Shown one piece after another: positions 8,873-17,660 of a stretch of DNA of 64,000 bases. The position numbers were made by a program, and so were the translations under genes. This DNA is from Muribaculum sp. Lineage in GTDB: Bacteria; Bacillota; Clostridia; Lachnospirales; Lachnospiraceae. The stretch spans positions 2,496-66,495 of the forward strand of contig JAMPGV010000006.1 in NCBI GenBank assembly GCA_023663735.1. The letters are read 5' to 3'. The notes beneath the pieces are model-generated. The model ran no database searches, was not told the DNA's origin, and saw nothing but the letters and a program-made list of their open reading frames with translations. Numbering within the stretch: the first letter of the stretch is position 1; each line of letters begins with the position of its first letter.

Positions 8873-10855
8873 CTAAAGCGGCTTCACCGACAAATTCATA
8901 TACTGATGCTGCCATCCGACAGTATCTTCCATCAGCATTGTCTCCGCAAATTCTTTTATCATAATATCGAACAGTTCCATGGGAACCTCCGTCTGTTCCA
9001 GAATGTACGCCGTCTTTTCCTGCAAAGCGCAGAGTCTGGAGAGCATATTCCGGTGATTGTTCAAATTATAACGAAAATTGTTCTGCTGGGCCTTCGTGGT
9101 AAAGTACCCCGCCCACGCGGGCAGAAGCAGCGCCAGCATATTTAAAAAGGAGCGCAATATGCCGTTCACATCCGTCCCGCTCATCCCTCCTATGGAAAAG
9201 GAGGCCGGAACAGACTGCAGCGGCGTCAAAACAAACTGCAAAACGCCTCGTCCGAAGACAATCCAGAAACCGACATAGAAAATCCGCCGCCCCCATTTCT
9301 CGAGGGATTCGACAATCGTCTGATACCTGCCGGCGGAAGCCTCGTGATAAGCGATCTGATCTCCCAGCATCTCTTTCACATGTCCCAGCGCGCAACGGAG
9401 CGTCTCCCGGTCAAGCCGCCGCAGCGCAGGTTCCGCATCATCCGTCAGATGCTTGATCTGCATATAAAGTTTCCCATCCCTGCCGCACAGCCTGCGGAGA
9501 TCGAGTCCCACGCCGTAAGGCTCCAGATGAACCAATACGCGAAGAATCTCCGCCGTATACCTGTCGTCCGCAAAATTCTTCTGCCATGCGTAGACAGTCG
9601 GACTCTTGGACATGCGATAGACATAGAGATTCAGACAGGCATGGATCAAGAAGCCCGTACCGGCAAGCCAAGCCGCAGCGACCGTCATCACGGACGCCGT
9701 CTGGGGCGCGATCACAGACATCGTTTTCCCGATCAGGGTTTCCGCATAGAATCCCACCGCCAAGAAGACGGTCGCAAGAAATGGCAACACGCTTCTCTGA
9801 TACAGCAGTGTCTGAAACTTCGTGTTAAACGCAATCGCGGACTCGTCAAACCGCTGGAAGCGATCCAGCAGAATCCGCCGGATCGCTTCTCCGCCGGAGG
9901 CCGCCTCCTCCATTCGAAAATCCGGCTTCAGCATCTCGTCCTCCACACTGGGATAGAGTGCGTTGTCCGCTTTATATTTTTTCAAGTAATTCTTGCGGCG
10001 TTTTTCCCAGAAAGCCATCAAGCGTCCGGTTTCTTCCGCCGCCGCTTCGGGTCGGAACCCCCCGTCCGGCAGCGGCTCGCTCACGGCCCGCATGTACCCG
10101 GGATCATATGCTTTATAATAAGAGTCCCACAGGCAGTAAATCTGTCTGGTCTTCGTGGAAATCCAGACACAGGGAACTTTCCTGTCATAAGCAGTGCGCA
10201 TCAGCTCCCAAGTTGCACCCAAGCGCTCCGCCACATCCTCGTTCCACGCGATCAGCACCGCGTCGGCTCTGTCGCACATGGTCTCCCCCAGCGCATTGCG
10301 CAGGGACGTCTCCTTCCAAACCGTCTGCTCAAACTGCGTCTCCCGCGTCCAGCCGTCCTCGGCGTCATATCCGTCCTCCGGCAATCCGCCGCACGAAGGA
10401 TCCTCCTGAAAATAACAGCACAAGGGAAACGAATGCGTTTGATTCCATGTGAGCCATGTGCGTCCCGTGTAGGCAGGACTCACCAACATCTGCAGCGGTA
10501 CTCCCGTATGTTCTCCCCGCAGATAAGCGCCGATCTGCTCCGTCAGCCCGTCCGCTTCCCGAAAGAAATCCGGATCCTTTGGCAGTTCTCCCGCCAGAAC
10601 AATCCGAATCTTCCTTCCACTCTTTATTCCGGTTTCTATTTCATTTACTCTTCCAGATTCTATTTCATTTTCCATTCTATTTTCCATTTCAATTTCCATT
10701 CCTGTTTTCCTGTCTCCTGCCGTGTCTGTTTCCCTATCTATTTCCTTATCTGTTGCCTTATCCGTTTCCCTATCTGCTTCCTTATCTGTTTCTTCATCCG
10801 TTTCCCTATCCGTTTTTCTATCTGCTTTTCTATCTGTTTTTCTATCTGCTTCCAT
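8873..10855 (-). CDS. SLOG-like nucleotide-binding domain fused to two SLATT-like 2TM modules
   Basis: DRADAVLIAWN...GATWELMRTAYDRKVPCVWI (SLOG/LOG-like); TM pair followed by WQKNFADDRYTAEILR; second module DQIAYH...TM pair...LPAWAG; ATG 10855 with GGAGAG RBS. Confidence 0.65.
   Translation of the reverse strand: MEADRKTDRKADRKTDRETDEETDKEADRETDKATDKEIDRETDTAGDRKTGMEIEMENRMENEIESGRVNEIETGIKSGRKIRIVLAGELPKDPDFFREADGLTEQIGAYLRGEHTGVPLQMLVSPAYTGRTWLTWNQTHSFPLCCYFQEDPSCGGLPEDGYDAEDGWTRETQFEQTVWKETSLRNALGETMCDRADAVLIAWNEDVAERLGATWELMRTAYDRKVPCVWISTKTRQIYCLWDSYYKAYDPGYMRAVSEPLPDGGFRPEAAAEETGRLMAFWEKRRKNYLKKYKADNALYPSVEDEMLKPDFRMEEAASGGEAIRRILLDRFQRFDESAIAFNTKFQTLLYQRSVLPFLATVFLAVGFYAETLIGKTMSVIAPQTASVMTVAAAWLAGTGFLIHACLNLYVYRMSKSPTVYAWQKNFADDRYTAEILRVLVHLEPYGVGLDLRRLCGRDGKLYMQIKHLTDDAEPALRRLDRETLRCALGHVKEMLGDQIAYHEASAGRYQTIVESLEKWGRRIFYVGFWIVFGRGVLQFVLTPLQSVPASFSIGGMSGTDVNGILRSFLNMLALLLPAWAGYFTTKAQQNNFRYNLNNHRNMLSRLCALQEKTAYILEQTEVPMELFDIMIKEFAETMLMEDTVGWQHQYMNLSVKPL
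10720..10852. repeat. Degenerate in-frame 12-bp tandem repeat (D-R/K-K/E-T/A tetrapeptides)
   Basis: Repeated tatctgttttcc-like units encoding DRKT DRKA DRKT DRET DEET DKEA DRET DKAT DKEI DRET. Confidence 0.85.
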
Positions 10856-10894
10856 TTTTATCTCTCCCAAATTCGGATTCCGTCCGGGAAATCC

Positions 10895-11179
10895 CTATTT
10901 TTTCTCTATGGTATAGCCCATCCAGATCAGCATCTTGACCGTCTGCTCCACCGTCGCGCGATCCATGTCCTTCTCAGACTCGGGCAGGTCGTGATACCCC
11001 ACCATGCAGGGATGTTTTTTGCCCGCCTCGTCATAAATCCTGCCGTATTCCCAGCCTCTGCGCCTGCGCTGTTCCGCCCATGTCTCGTGGATGTTTTCGG
11101 CAATTTTCTCCAAATTTTCCGCCAAGCCCTTCTCTATCTCAATCCCCGTCAAATCAATCGGATTCGGCATATAGTCCAT
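10895..11179 (-). CDS. Stand-alone RyR (ryanodine receptor repeat) domain protein
   Basis: YMPNPIDLT...LEKIAENIHETWA...GWEYG...KKHPCMVGYHDLPESEKDMDR matches the RyR repeat pattern; ATG 11179 with GGGAG RBS. Confidence 0.9.
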   Translation of the reverse strand: MDYMPNPIDLTGIEIEKGLAENLEKIAENIHETWAEQRRRRGWEYGRIYDEAGKKHPCMVGYHDLPESEKDMDRATVEQTVKMLIWMGYTIEKK

Positions 11180-11215
11180 CTTCGCATTCTCCCTTCGACA
11201 CAATGTCATAAAATC

Positions 11216-11244
11216 ATTTTATAGGAAACAGGACGAAAAAGCAA
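11216..11244 (-). promoter_or_regulatory. Sigma-A-like promoter of the RyR-SLOG/SLATT-TIR-clpP-virD4 operon
   Basis: Minus strand TTGCTT-17 nt-TAAAAT, about 37 nt upstream of the RyR start. Confidence 0.55.
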
Positions 11245-11359
11245 TAAGCGGAACTCCACCGGAATCTTCTGTTTGAATCCTGCAGAAAATATGTTATACT
11301 GATCTTGATTTTTGCCTTGCATACGGCAAAAAAATTTAAGTCAAACGGGTAGCGGTAAG

Positions 11360-11914
11360 GTGGTCATCAAGAATATCACGGAAACTTATATGAGAGAAGC
11401 CTTGAAACAGGCGAAAAAAGCCCTTGCGCTGGGAGAAGTGCCTATCGGCTGCGTCATCGTGCAGAAAGGCCGGATCATCGGCCGCGGCTACAACCGCCGC
11501 AACACGGACAAAAGCACGCTGGCACATGCGGAGATCACCGCCATCAAAAAGGCCAGCAGACAGATCGGCGACTGGCGGCTGGAAGAATGCACCCTGTATG
11601 TCACGCTGGAACCCTGCCAAATGTGTGCGGGCGCCATCGTTCAGGCTCGCATTCCCGAGGTCGTCATGGGATGCATGAATCCCAAGGCGGGATGCGCCGG
11701 ATCCATTCTGAACATTTTGGAGAACCCGCAGTTCAACCACCAAGTACGCGTCACCAGAGGCGTTCTGGAGGAGGACTGCCGCCGATTGCTCAAATCGTTT
11801 TTTGCAAAACTCAGAGAACGCAACCGAGCCGAGAAAGAAGCCCGGCGCGCCGCGCTCTCCGAACTCTCCAATCCATCCGAATCCCATCCGTCCTGCAATG
11901 ACGAAACCGTCTAG
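11360..11914 (+). CDS. tadA: tRNA adenosine(34) deaminase
   Basis: GEVPIG, HAEI, TLEPCQMCAGA; exact start uncertain. Confidence 0.92.
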   Translation: MVIKNITETYMREALKQAKKALALGEVPIGCVIVQKGRIIGRGYNRRNTDKSTLAHAEITAIKKASRQIGDWRLEECTLYVTLEPCQMCAGAIVQARIPEVVMGCMNPKAGCAGSILNILENPQFNHQVRVTRGVLEEDCRRLLKSFFAKLRERNRAEKEARRAALSELSNPSESHPSCNDETV

Positions 11915-12414
11915 TCTTCCGCCAGATAGGTGGGCGCGTTCTTCGGACTCTTGCCCTTGATCACCTGATGATAATAGGCATACGTCATGGGCGTATCGGA
12001 CTTTAACACATCTGCATCCAGCACCTTGCCCAGAAATACCGTATGGCTGGACGTCTCCATCTTGTCAATCACTTCGCACACGATGTAAGAACAAGCGTCC
12101 GCCACCACAGGCATACACTCCCGAATCGTCTGCTCCACACCGTCGAATTTGTCCTTGTCCCTGCCGCTGAAGAACCCGAACGCACCGATGACGCCGGGAT
12201 CGGAATGCTCTCCCAGAATCGAGACGGCGAATCTTCCCGACTCCTGTATGCACTGATTCGTATAATTGTCGTGGTTGATACTCACAGCCACAGTGGCCGG
12301 GTCGGATGTGACCTGCATGGCGCTGTTGGCCGTACACCCCGTCGCTTTCCCGTGATCCCATGTTGTCACCACATACACGCCATAGGACATATTTCTAAAA
12401 GCATTCTTGTTCAT
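11911..12414 (-). CDS. Flavin reductase family protein
   Basis: SYGVYVVT, GCTANS, SGRDKDKF, HTVFLG, PMTYAYYH. Confidence 0.85.
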   Translation of the reverse strand: MNKNAFRNMSYGVYVVTTWDHGKATGCTANSAMQVTSDPATVAVSINHDNYTNQCIQESGRFAVSILGEHSDPGVIGAFGFFSGRDKDKFDGVEQTIRECMPVVADACSYIVCEVIDKMETSSHTVFLGKVLDADVLKSDTPMTYAYYHQVIKGKSPKNAPTYLAED

Positions 12415-12561
12415 CTTCTTTCCTCCTGTCAAGCGAGCCGATTTCCCGCCCTTGATTCATTGCTTGAATCCATTATAATCCATTTCTTCCGTTTTGTAAT
12501 CAGAAACTTGCGCCAGCCGCCCAAAAATGCTACACTACAGATAGCTGCATCGGCTGCCGAC

Positions 12562-12765
12562 AGACGATTGCGAAACGCTTATTTCGGAAAGTGTCATTGT
12601 GCAAATTGCACATTCAACGCAGACATGCTTTCGCTCCAACCTCACCGTAATAGCACATAAGGCGCTAAAATACAGCGCCTAAGTGCCAACGGTTCGCTAG
12701 GGTCTGCTTATGAATATACAATCTGCACAATTTGGATTCCGAAAAATATTGTTTCGCAAACGTCT
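12562..12765. mobile_element. MITE-like intergenic element with imperfect terminal inverted repeats
   Basis: agacgattgcgaaacgcttatttcggaa (12562-12589) is an imperfect reverse complement of ttccgaaaaatattgtttcgcaaacgtct; the right end recurs at 24548-24574. Confidence 0.45.
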
Positions 12766-12986
12766 ACGACAGCCGATCCGGAAAGGAGACGGCAAGTTTA
12801 TGCTGTGCCACATGACAATCGACTTAAGCAAAGTTCTCTGTACAAGGTCCGGTGGGACGAAGCCTGTACAGAGGACACTATGCGGGAGATAGATTCCTTT
12901 TCCCGCATCCTATATTCGTCCGCATTGGATTTTGTACTTATAGAATGATCGAATCGGAAACAATAACTCTATAAGGAGAAAATTCA

Positions 12987-14285
12987 ATGGATAAAAATTT
13001 TAAAAGATATATTCTATTATGGCTCAGTCAGTCCCTGTCACAGCTGGGAAGCTCAATGACAAGTTTTGCGCTGATTCTGTGGGTCTATACGATCCGGCAT
13101 TCCGCAATGACCGTCTCGTTCATGTCGTTTTGCAGTTATGTGCCGTATATTCTCGCGAGTCTGTTTGCGGGGACGTTCGTGGACAGACACAGCAAGAAAA
13201 AGGTGATGCTGACGGCGGACAGCATTGCCGCCCTCTGCACGCTGGGCATTCTGCTGTCTGCCATGTCCGGGGAATTACAGATCTGGCATATTTATCTGGC
13301 CAACACCGTCATCGGATGCATGAACGCTTTCCAGTCGCCCGCATCCGGCGTCGCTCTGGGGAAACTGGTGCCGCAGGACAAATTGGCGAACGTGAGCGGG
13401 ATGCATTCGTTTTCCGGCAGCTTAAACACGATTCTCACCCCGGTGCTGGCGGCCGCGCTGTTTGCACTGAACGGATTGCCGCTGATTCTGTTGATTGATC
13501 TTTGCAGTTTTGCGATCGCTTTTCTGGTTCTGCTGATCCTGATTGTGATTCCGCAAGACACGCCTTCCGGCGACAGGCAGAAATCCGTTTTTGCCGGATG
13601 CAGAGAGGGACTGGCATTCTTGTGGAATGAAAAAGGAATTCTCATGATCGTCCTCACGATGGCGCTTTTGAACTTCTTCTCCAGACTGACCTATGAGAAT
13701 ATCCTCTCGCCCATGCTCCTGTCCAGAAGCGGAGACAACAGCATGGTTCTGGGATTTGTCAACGCTGTCATGGGCGTCGGCGGCATCGTGGGCGGACTGA
13801 TTGTCTCCGCGGGAAAACTGTCCAAGAATCCGGTCAAAATGATTTATATCTCCGCCGCTCTGTCTTTCGGATTCGGCGATCTGCTCATGGGTCTGGGACG
13901 GAATGCTTTCGTCTGGGGAATTGCCGGACTGGCGGCCACGCTGCCCATTGCCTTCATCAATGCGGGGCAGAATGTGATTTTGTACAAGAAAGTACCCACC
14001 GAAATGCAGGGAAGGATTTTCGCCGTGAGAAACGCCATCCAATACAGCACGATTCCGCTGGGCATCCTGCTGGGCGGATTTCTGGCCGACTATGTCTTTG
14101 AACCGTATCTGGCGGGAAGCGCGTATCCCGCTTTGGTTCTGCACAAGCTGGTAGGAACGGGCGCAGGAAGCGGCATGGCCGTCATGTTCCTCTGCACCGG
14201 TGTGCTGGGATTCCTTTTCAGCATCCTGTCCTTCCGGCACAGGGACATTCAGGCCATGGCAAAGGGTCTTGACAAACAACCGTGA
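12987..14285 (+). CDS. MFS transporter, DHA3/Mef-like
   Basis: LWLSQSLSQLGSSMT, FAGTFVDRHSKKKVM motif A, VPTEMQGRIFA; about 12 hydrophobic segments. Confidence 0.85.
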   Translation: MDKNFKRYILLWLSQSLSQLGSSMTSFALILWVYTIRHSAMTVSFMSFCSYVPYILASLFAGTFVDRHSKKKVMLTADSIAALCTLGILLSAMSGELQIWHIYLANTVIGCMNAFQSPASGVALGKLVPQDKLANVSGMHSFSGSLNTILTPVLAAALFALNGLPLILLIDLCSFAIAFLVLLILIVIPQDTPSGDRQKSVFAGCREGLAFLWNEKGILMIVLTMALLNFFSRLTYENILSPMLLSRSGDNSMVLGFVNAVMGVGGIVGGLIVSAGKLSKNPVKMIYISAALSFGFGDLLMGLGRNAFVWGIAGLAATLPIAFINAGQNVILYKKVPTEMQGRIFAVRNAIQYSTIPLGILLGGFLADYVFEPYLAGSAYPALVLHKLVGTGAGSGMAVMFLCTGVLGFLFSILSFRHRDIQAMAKGLDKQP

Positions 14286-14297
14286 AAACGGTAAACT
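14269..14297 (+). promoter_or_regulatory. Sigma-A promoter of SRP RNA
   Basis: TTGACA-17 nt-TAAACT immediately upstream of the RNA 5' stem. Confidence 0.75.
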
Positions 14298-14303
14298 GAA
14301 AAA

Positions 14304-14464
14304 GCCGTATGCGTTGGAAGATCGGCTTCCGGCGATGAAATTCGGTCTCACGCAATGGGAATCTGCGAACCGTGTCAGGTTGGGAACAAAGCAGCACTAA
14401 GTGGAATCTCTCATGTGCCGTGAGGCAGCCGGGTGGAGTCGGAAGCAGGAGCCGCGCATACGGT
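14304..14464 (+). ncRNA. ffs: Signal recognition particle RNA
   Basis: Helix-8 motif TGTCAGGTTGGGAACAAAGCAGCA; closing stem gccgtatgcg/cgcatacggt; upstream promoter. Confidence 0.9.
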
Positions 14465-14486
14465 CTTTGTATGCTCAGAGGTAAAC

Positions 14487-15449
14487 ATGATGTTCTTAGA
14501 AACTAATTTCAATCATTTAGAAACCGGCGTTACACATTTTGATTCTGATACCACCGGTCTTTTGCGGGACTGCGTCCTGTGTCCCCGCCGATGCCATGCG
14601 AATCGGCTTGCGGGACAGACCGGAGTCTGCGGTCAGACACACCTGCTCAAAGCCGCAAGAGCGGCTCTGCACTTCTGGGAGGAACCATGTATCTCCGGAA
14701 CGGCAGGTTCCGGAACCGTGTTTTTCTCCGGATGCAGCCTGCGCTGCGTATTCTGCCAGAATCACAGTATCGCACAGGGCTGTGCGGGACAAAGCCTTTC
14801 GATAGAAAGGCTGGCGGACATTTTTCTGGAACTGCAGAAAAAGGAAGCCCACAATATCAATCTTGTGACTCCCACACATTTTATCCCACAGATCATACAG
14901 GCGCTTGCCATGGCCAAAGAAAAGGGGCTTCATATTCCTGTTGTGTACAATACCGGAGGGTACGAAGAACCGGCGACCCTGCGCCTTCTGGAGGGTCTGG
15001 TGGACGTCTATCTTCCGGATTTGAAATATTTTTCCCCGGAAGCCGCCATGCGGTTTTCCCACGCTCCCGATTACTTTGAAAAGGCTTCTGCGGCTCTTGC
15101 GGAGATGTACCGCCAAGTGGGCGCACCGGTCTTTGCGGACGACGGTCTTATGCTGCGGGGCGTCATCGTGCGGCATCTGGTTCTGCCCGGTCAGACAAGA
15201 GATTCCAAGAAAATTCTGCGCTTCCTCCATGAGACTTATGGAGATGACATCTATGTCAGTATTATGAATCAATATACCCCTCTGCCCCATGTGGCGGAAT
15301 ACCCGGAGATCAACCGCCGCGTCACACCCGAAGAATACGACAGGGTGCTTGCCTTTGCGGAGCGCATCGGTATCCGCAACGGATTCCGGCAGGAAGGGAA
15401 CGCCGCCGAGGAGAGCTTTATTCCGCAATTCGACGGGGAGGGTCTGTAG
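14487..15449 (+). CDS. Radical SAM protein, PflX-like
   Basis: CVLCPRRC, HFWEEPCISG, GCSLRCVFCQN, NINLVTPTHF, RHLVLPG. Confidence 0.85.
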   Translation: MMFLETNFNHLETGVTHFDSDTTGLLRDCVLCPRRCHANRLAGQTGVCGQTHLLKAARAALHFWEEPCISGTAGSGTVFFSGCSLRCVFCQNHSIAQGCAGQSLSIERLADIFLELQKKEAHNINLVTPTHFIPQIIQALAMAKEKGLHIPVVYNTGGYEEPATLRLLEGLVDVYLPDLKYFSPEAAMRFSHAPDYFEKASAALAEMYRQVGAPVFADDGLMLRGVIVRHLVLPGQTRDSKKILRFLHETYGDDIYVSIMNQYTPLPHVAEYPEINRRVTPEEYDRVLAFAERIGIRNGFRQEGNAAEESFIPQFDGEGL

Positions 15450-15507
15450 CGGCCTTGAATTTATCATAGCTCATCTCAGCACCCGAAGCAGTATGCGCCG
15501 ATCTTTC

Positions 15508-16146
15508 TCAGTTTGGACAATGACACGAAAATTCTATCATCTCACAGGTGGCATCATTGCAAAACACGCCATGATATGCGTATAATTGATCATCTTCAAC
15601 CAAACTGTAAGCCAAAAAATAATACTCGCTGTCATCTGCGCCTTTCGGAAAAATTTTATCAATATAATTGATTCGCTGCCGTTTCAATTGTTCACGGTCC
15701 ACATATTATTTCGCTTCACCATCGTAACAATATACTTCCCACGGGAAATCAGGATCAAAAGACGCTAACCGATTCTCTTTCATCACCTCATAATCCTCAC
15801 GGGAAAAAACCGCACGATATCCGCTCTTATCCGCCAAAAATCCCTCATAGAAATAGTATTTTATATCATGTGCAGACTCCGGTAATTTCGTCGGGTAAGT
15901 TGTAAAATCCGCTTTCCTTTGAAAGGACTGATACGTCCAGAAATGAGTTCTGGTCACCGGTATGATATCCTTCAATACCCACCCCAGCGCAGCTATCACA
16001 AGGTAAATACATAGTCCCCCCATGAAATACGACCAGACCCTTTTGAGCCGGCTTCTTATTGGACTTTTTGTCGGACTCTTCAATTGACTTTCTCCACAGC
16101 TCAGATCCCCGTGCGGATTCCCCAGCCCATTTTTCCTTTTTCCCAT
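15508..16146 (-). pseudogene. Membrane-anchored hypothetical protein interrupted by an in-frame stop
   Basis: ORFs 15706-16164 and 15508-15702 are in the same frame, separated only by TAA (15706-15708) plus one codon; one TM near the N-terminus; AT-richer than flanks. Confidence 0.6.
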
Positions 16147-16486
16147 GTCAAAACTCCCGTACATTTTCCAAAAAGTTCATAGCTTCTCGCCAGTCCCAAA
16201 GCATCTTCCTCATACAACAGCGGAAAAAATAAAAATCCACTATGTAATAAGAATACTCCCTTTCAGTTTTATCCCTTTGATCCATATGTGGCGGCTATCA
16301 CAAAACTGTCGGTATCCTCTTGTATGGTCGATATTTGTATCTATATTTATTATTTTTGCATATAATCATTTTATATGATATCATTTTCACATAATTTCGT
16401 CAAGAAAAGCTTTCGTTACATCGCATACCCTTCATCACGCACATCAGATAAACAAACTATCGGATGCTCCCAAACATCCCGCTTTC

Positions 16487-17521
16487 CTACAGCTCCACCG
16501 GAATCAGATAATACCCGAAATCCCCCTCCCCCGCAGGCTCGGAAGCACATTCAAAGCTCTCGAAACCGAACATAACCGCAATCTTTTTCTCCTTCTGGTA
16601 CAGATTCCCCGGCACTCCTATGTAATAGCGCACATTGTCTCTTTGGCGCACTCTGGTCAGAATCAAATGCTGAAAATTATAGTATCCGTGCAGAAGAAAA
16701 CTGTTGTTCACAAGCTTATAATAGCGTCCCGGAAACAGGACAAAATCGCCGGGTCCCAGAGACAGGTATTCCCGATCGTCTGAGAACGGGCGGACATGGG
16801 GATAGATGGACCACAGCTGGTCCCATTTATCCTCCTGAAAGGTCGTGACCGGCTGCGCCTCTTCCCGATTCTCCGCACTGGCGGAATTTTTTATCTGCAT
16901 CTCTCCCACCCGAACTTCTCTTGTCTGTTCTTTCCTTGTCTGTTCTTCCCCTGTCTGCTCTTTCCCTGTCTGTTCTTTCCCTGTCTGTTCTTTCCTTGCC
17001 TGTTCTCCCCCTGTCTGTTCTTTCCTTGCCTGTTCTCCCCCTGTCTGCTCTTTCCTTGTCTGCGTTTCTCCTGCCGGCGCCTCCTTGGCACGCTCTTCTT
17101 TCGGAGGCTCCTGCTTTTTCATAGTGGAAAAAGCCCTTCCTCTCTCCGACTTTTCCCACAGGCATAGAATCTCCTTCCCCTCGGAGATGGGAATGCGTAT
17201 TCCCTTCAACTGCTCATACTCCATGCCCTGCCCGTCCAGACTATGGCTGTCCAATTTTTCCATATAAAGTTTTAAGCCGCCGTCCGCCAACTGCAATTTA
17301 CACAGCTCCCGCTCCCCGCCCTCTCCGAGCAATAACAGCGGGCGCGTAAAGTGATCCTTCCGGTAGAGACCGCTGATCTGCAGGCTGATGCTGCAATGCT
17401 CGTCCCGCCGTTCCAGCTTCACAAAACCTGCGCCACGGCTCCGCTGCCCGTTTTCCATATAGTCCAGATACCTGATCTTCCGGTCATATTCCACTGTCGG
17501 CCTGATTTGTCCAAAATCCAT
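16487..17521 (-). CDS. Conserved clostridial hypothetical protein (DUF6128-like) with repeat linker
   Basis: C-terminal NNSFLLHGYYNFQHLIL...YIGVPG...AVMFGF motif; upstream ATA-16 nt-CATATATT resembles a SigE promoter. Confidence 0.7.
   Translation of the reverse strand: MDFGQIRPTVEYDRKIRYLDYMENGQRSRGAGFVKLERRDEHCSISLQISGLYRKDHFTRPLLLLGEGGERELCKLQLADGGLKLYMEKLDSHSLDGQGMEYEQLKGIRIPISEGKEILCLWEKSERGRAFSTMKKQEPPKEERAKEAPAGETQTRKEQTGGEQARKEQTGGEQARKEQTGKEQTGKEQTGEEQTRKEQTREVRVGEMQIKNSASAENREEAQPVTTFQEDKWDQLWSIYPHVRPFSDDREYLSLGPGDFVLFPGRYYKLVNNSFLLHGYYNFQHLILTRVRQRDNVRYYIGVPGNLYQKEKKIAVMFGFESFECASEPAGEGDFGYYLIPVEL
16921..17062. repeat. In-frame 15-bp tandem repeat (EQT/A-G/R-K/G/E pentapeptides)
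   Basis: Repeated tgtctgttctttccc-like units. Confidence 0.85.
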
Positions 17522-17660
17522 TAAAAAATCCCCCCGCATATATTTTCTACTGCAAATATATGCGGGAGGTTCTTCATTTATTCCTCGAATCCGTCGGTTC
17601 TCAATCCTTCACAGCGCCGTCGGCCGCATCCTCTTCCTGAGAAAATGCCACGGCCAATGT

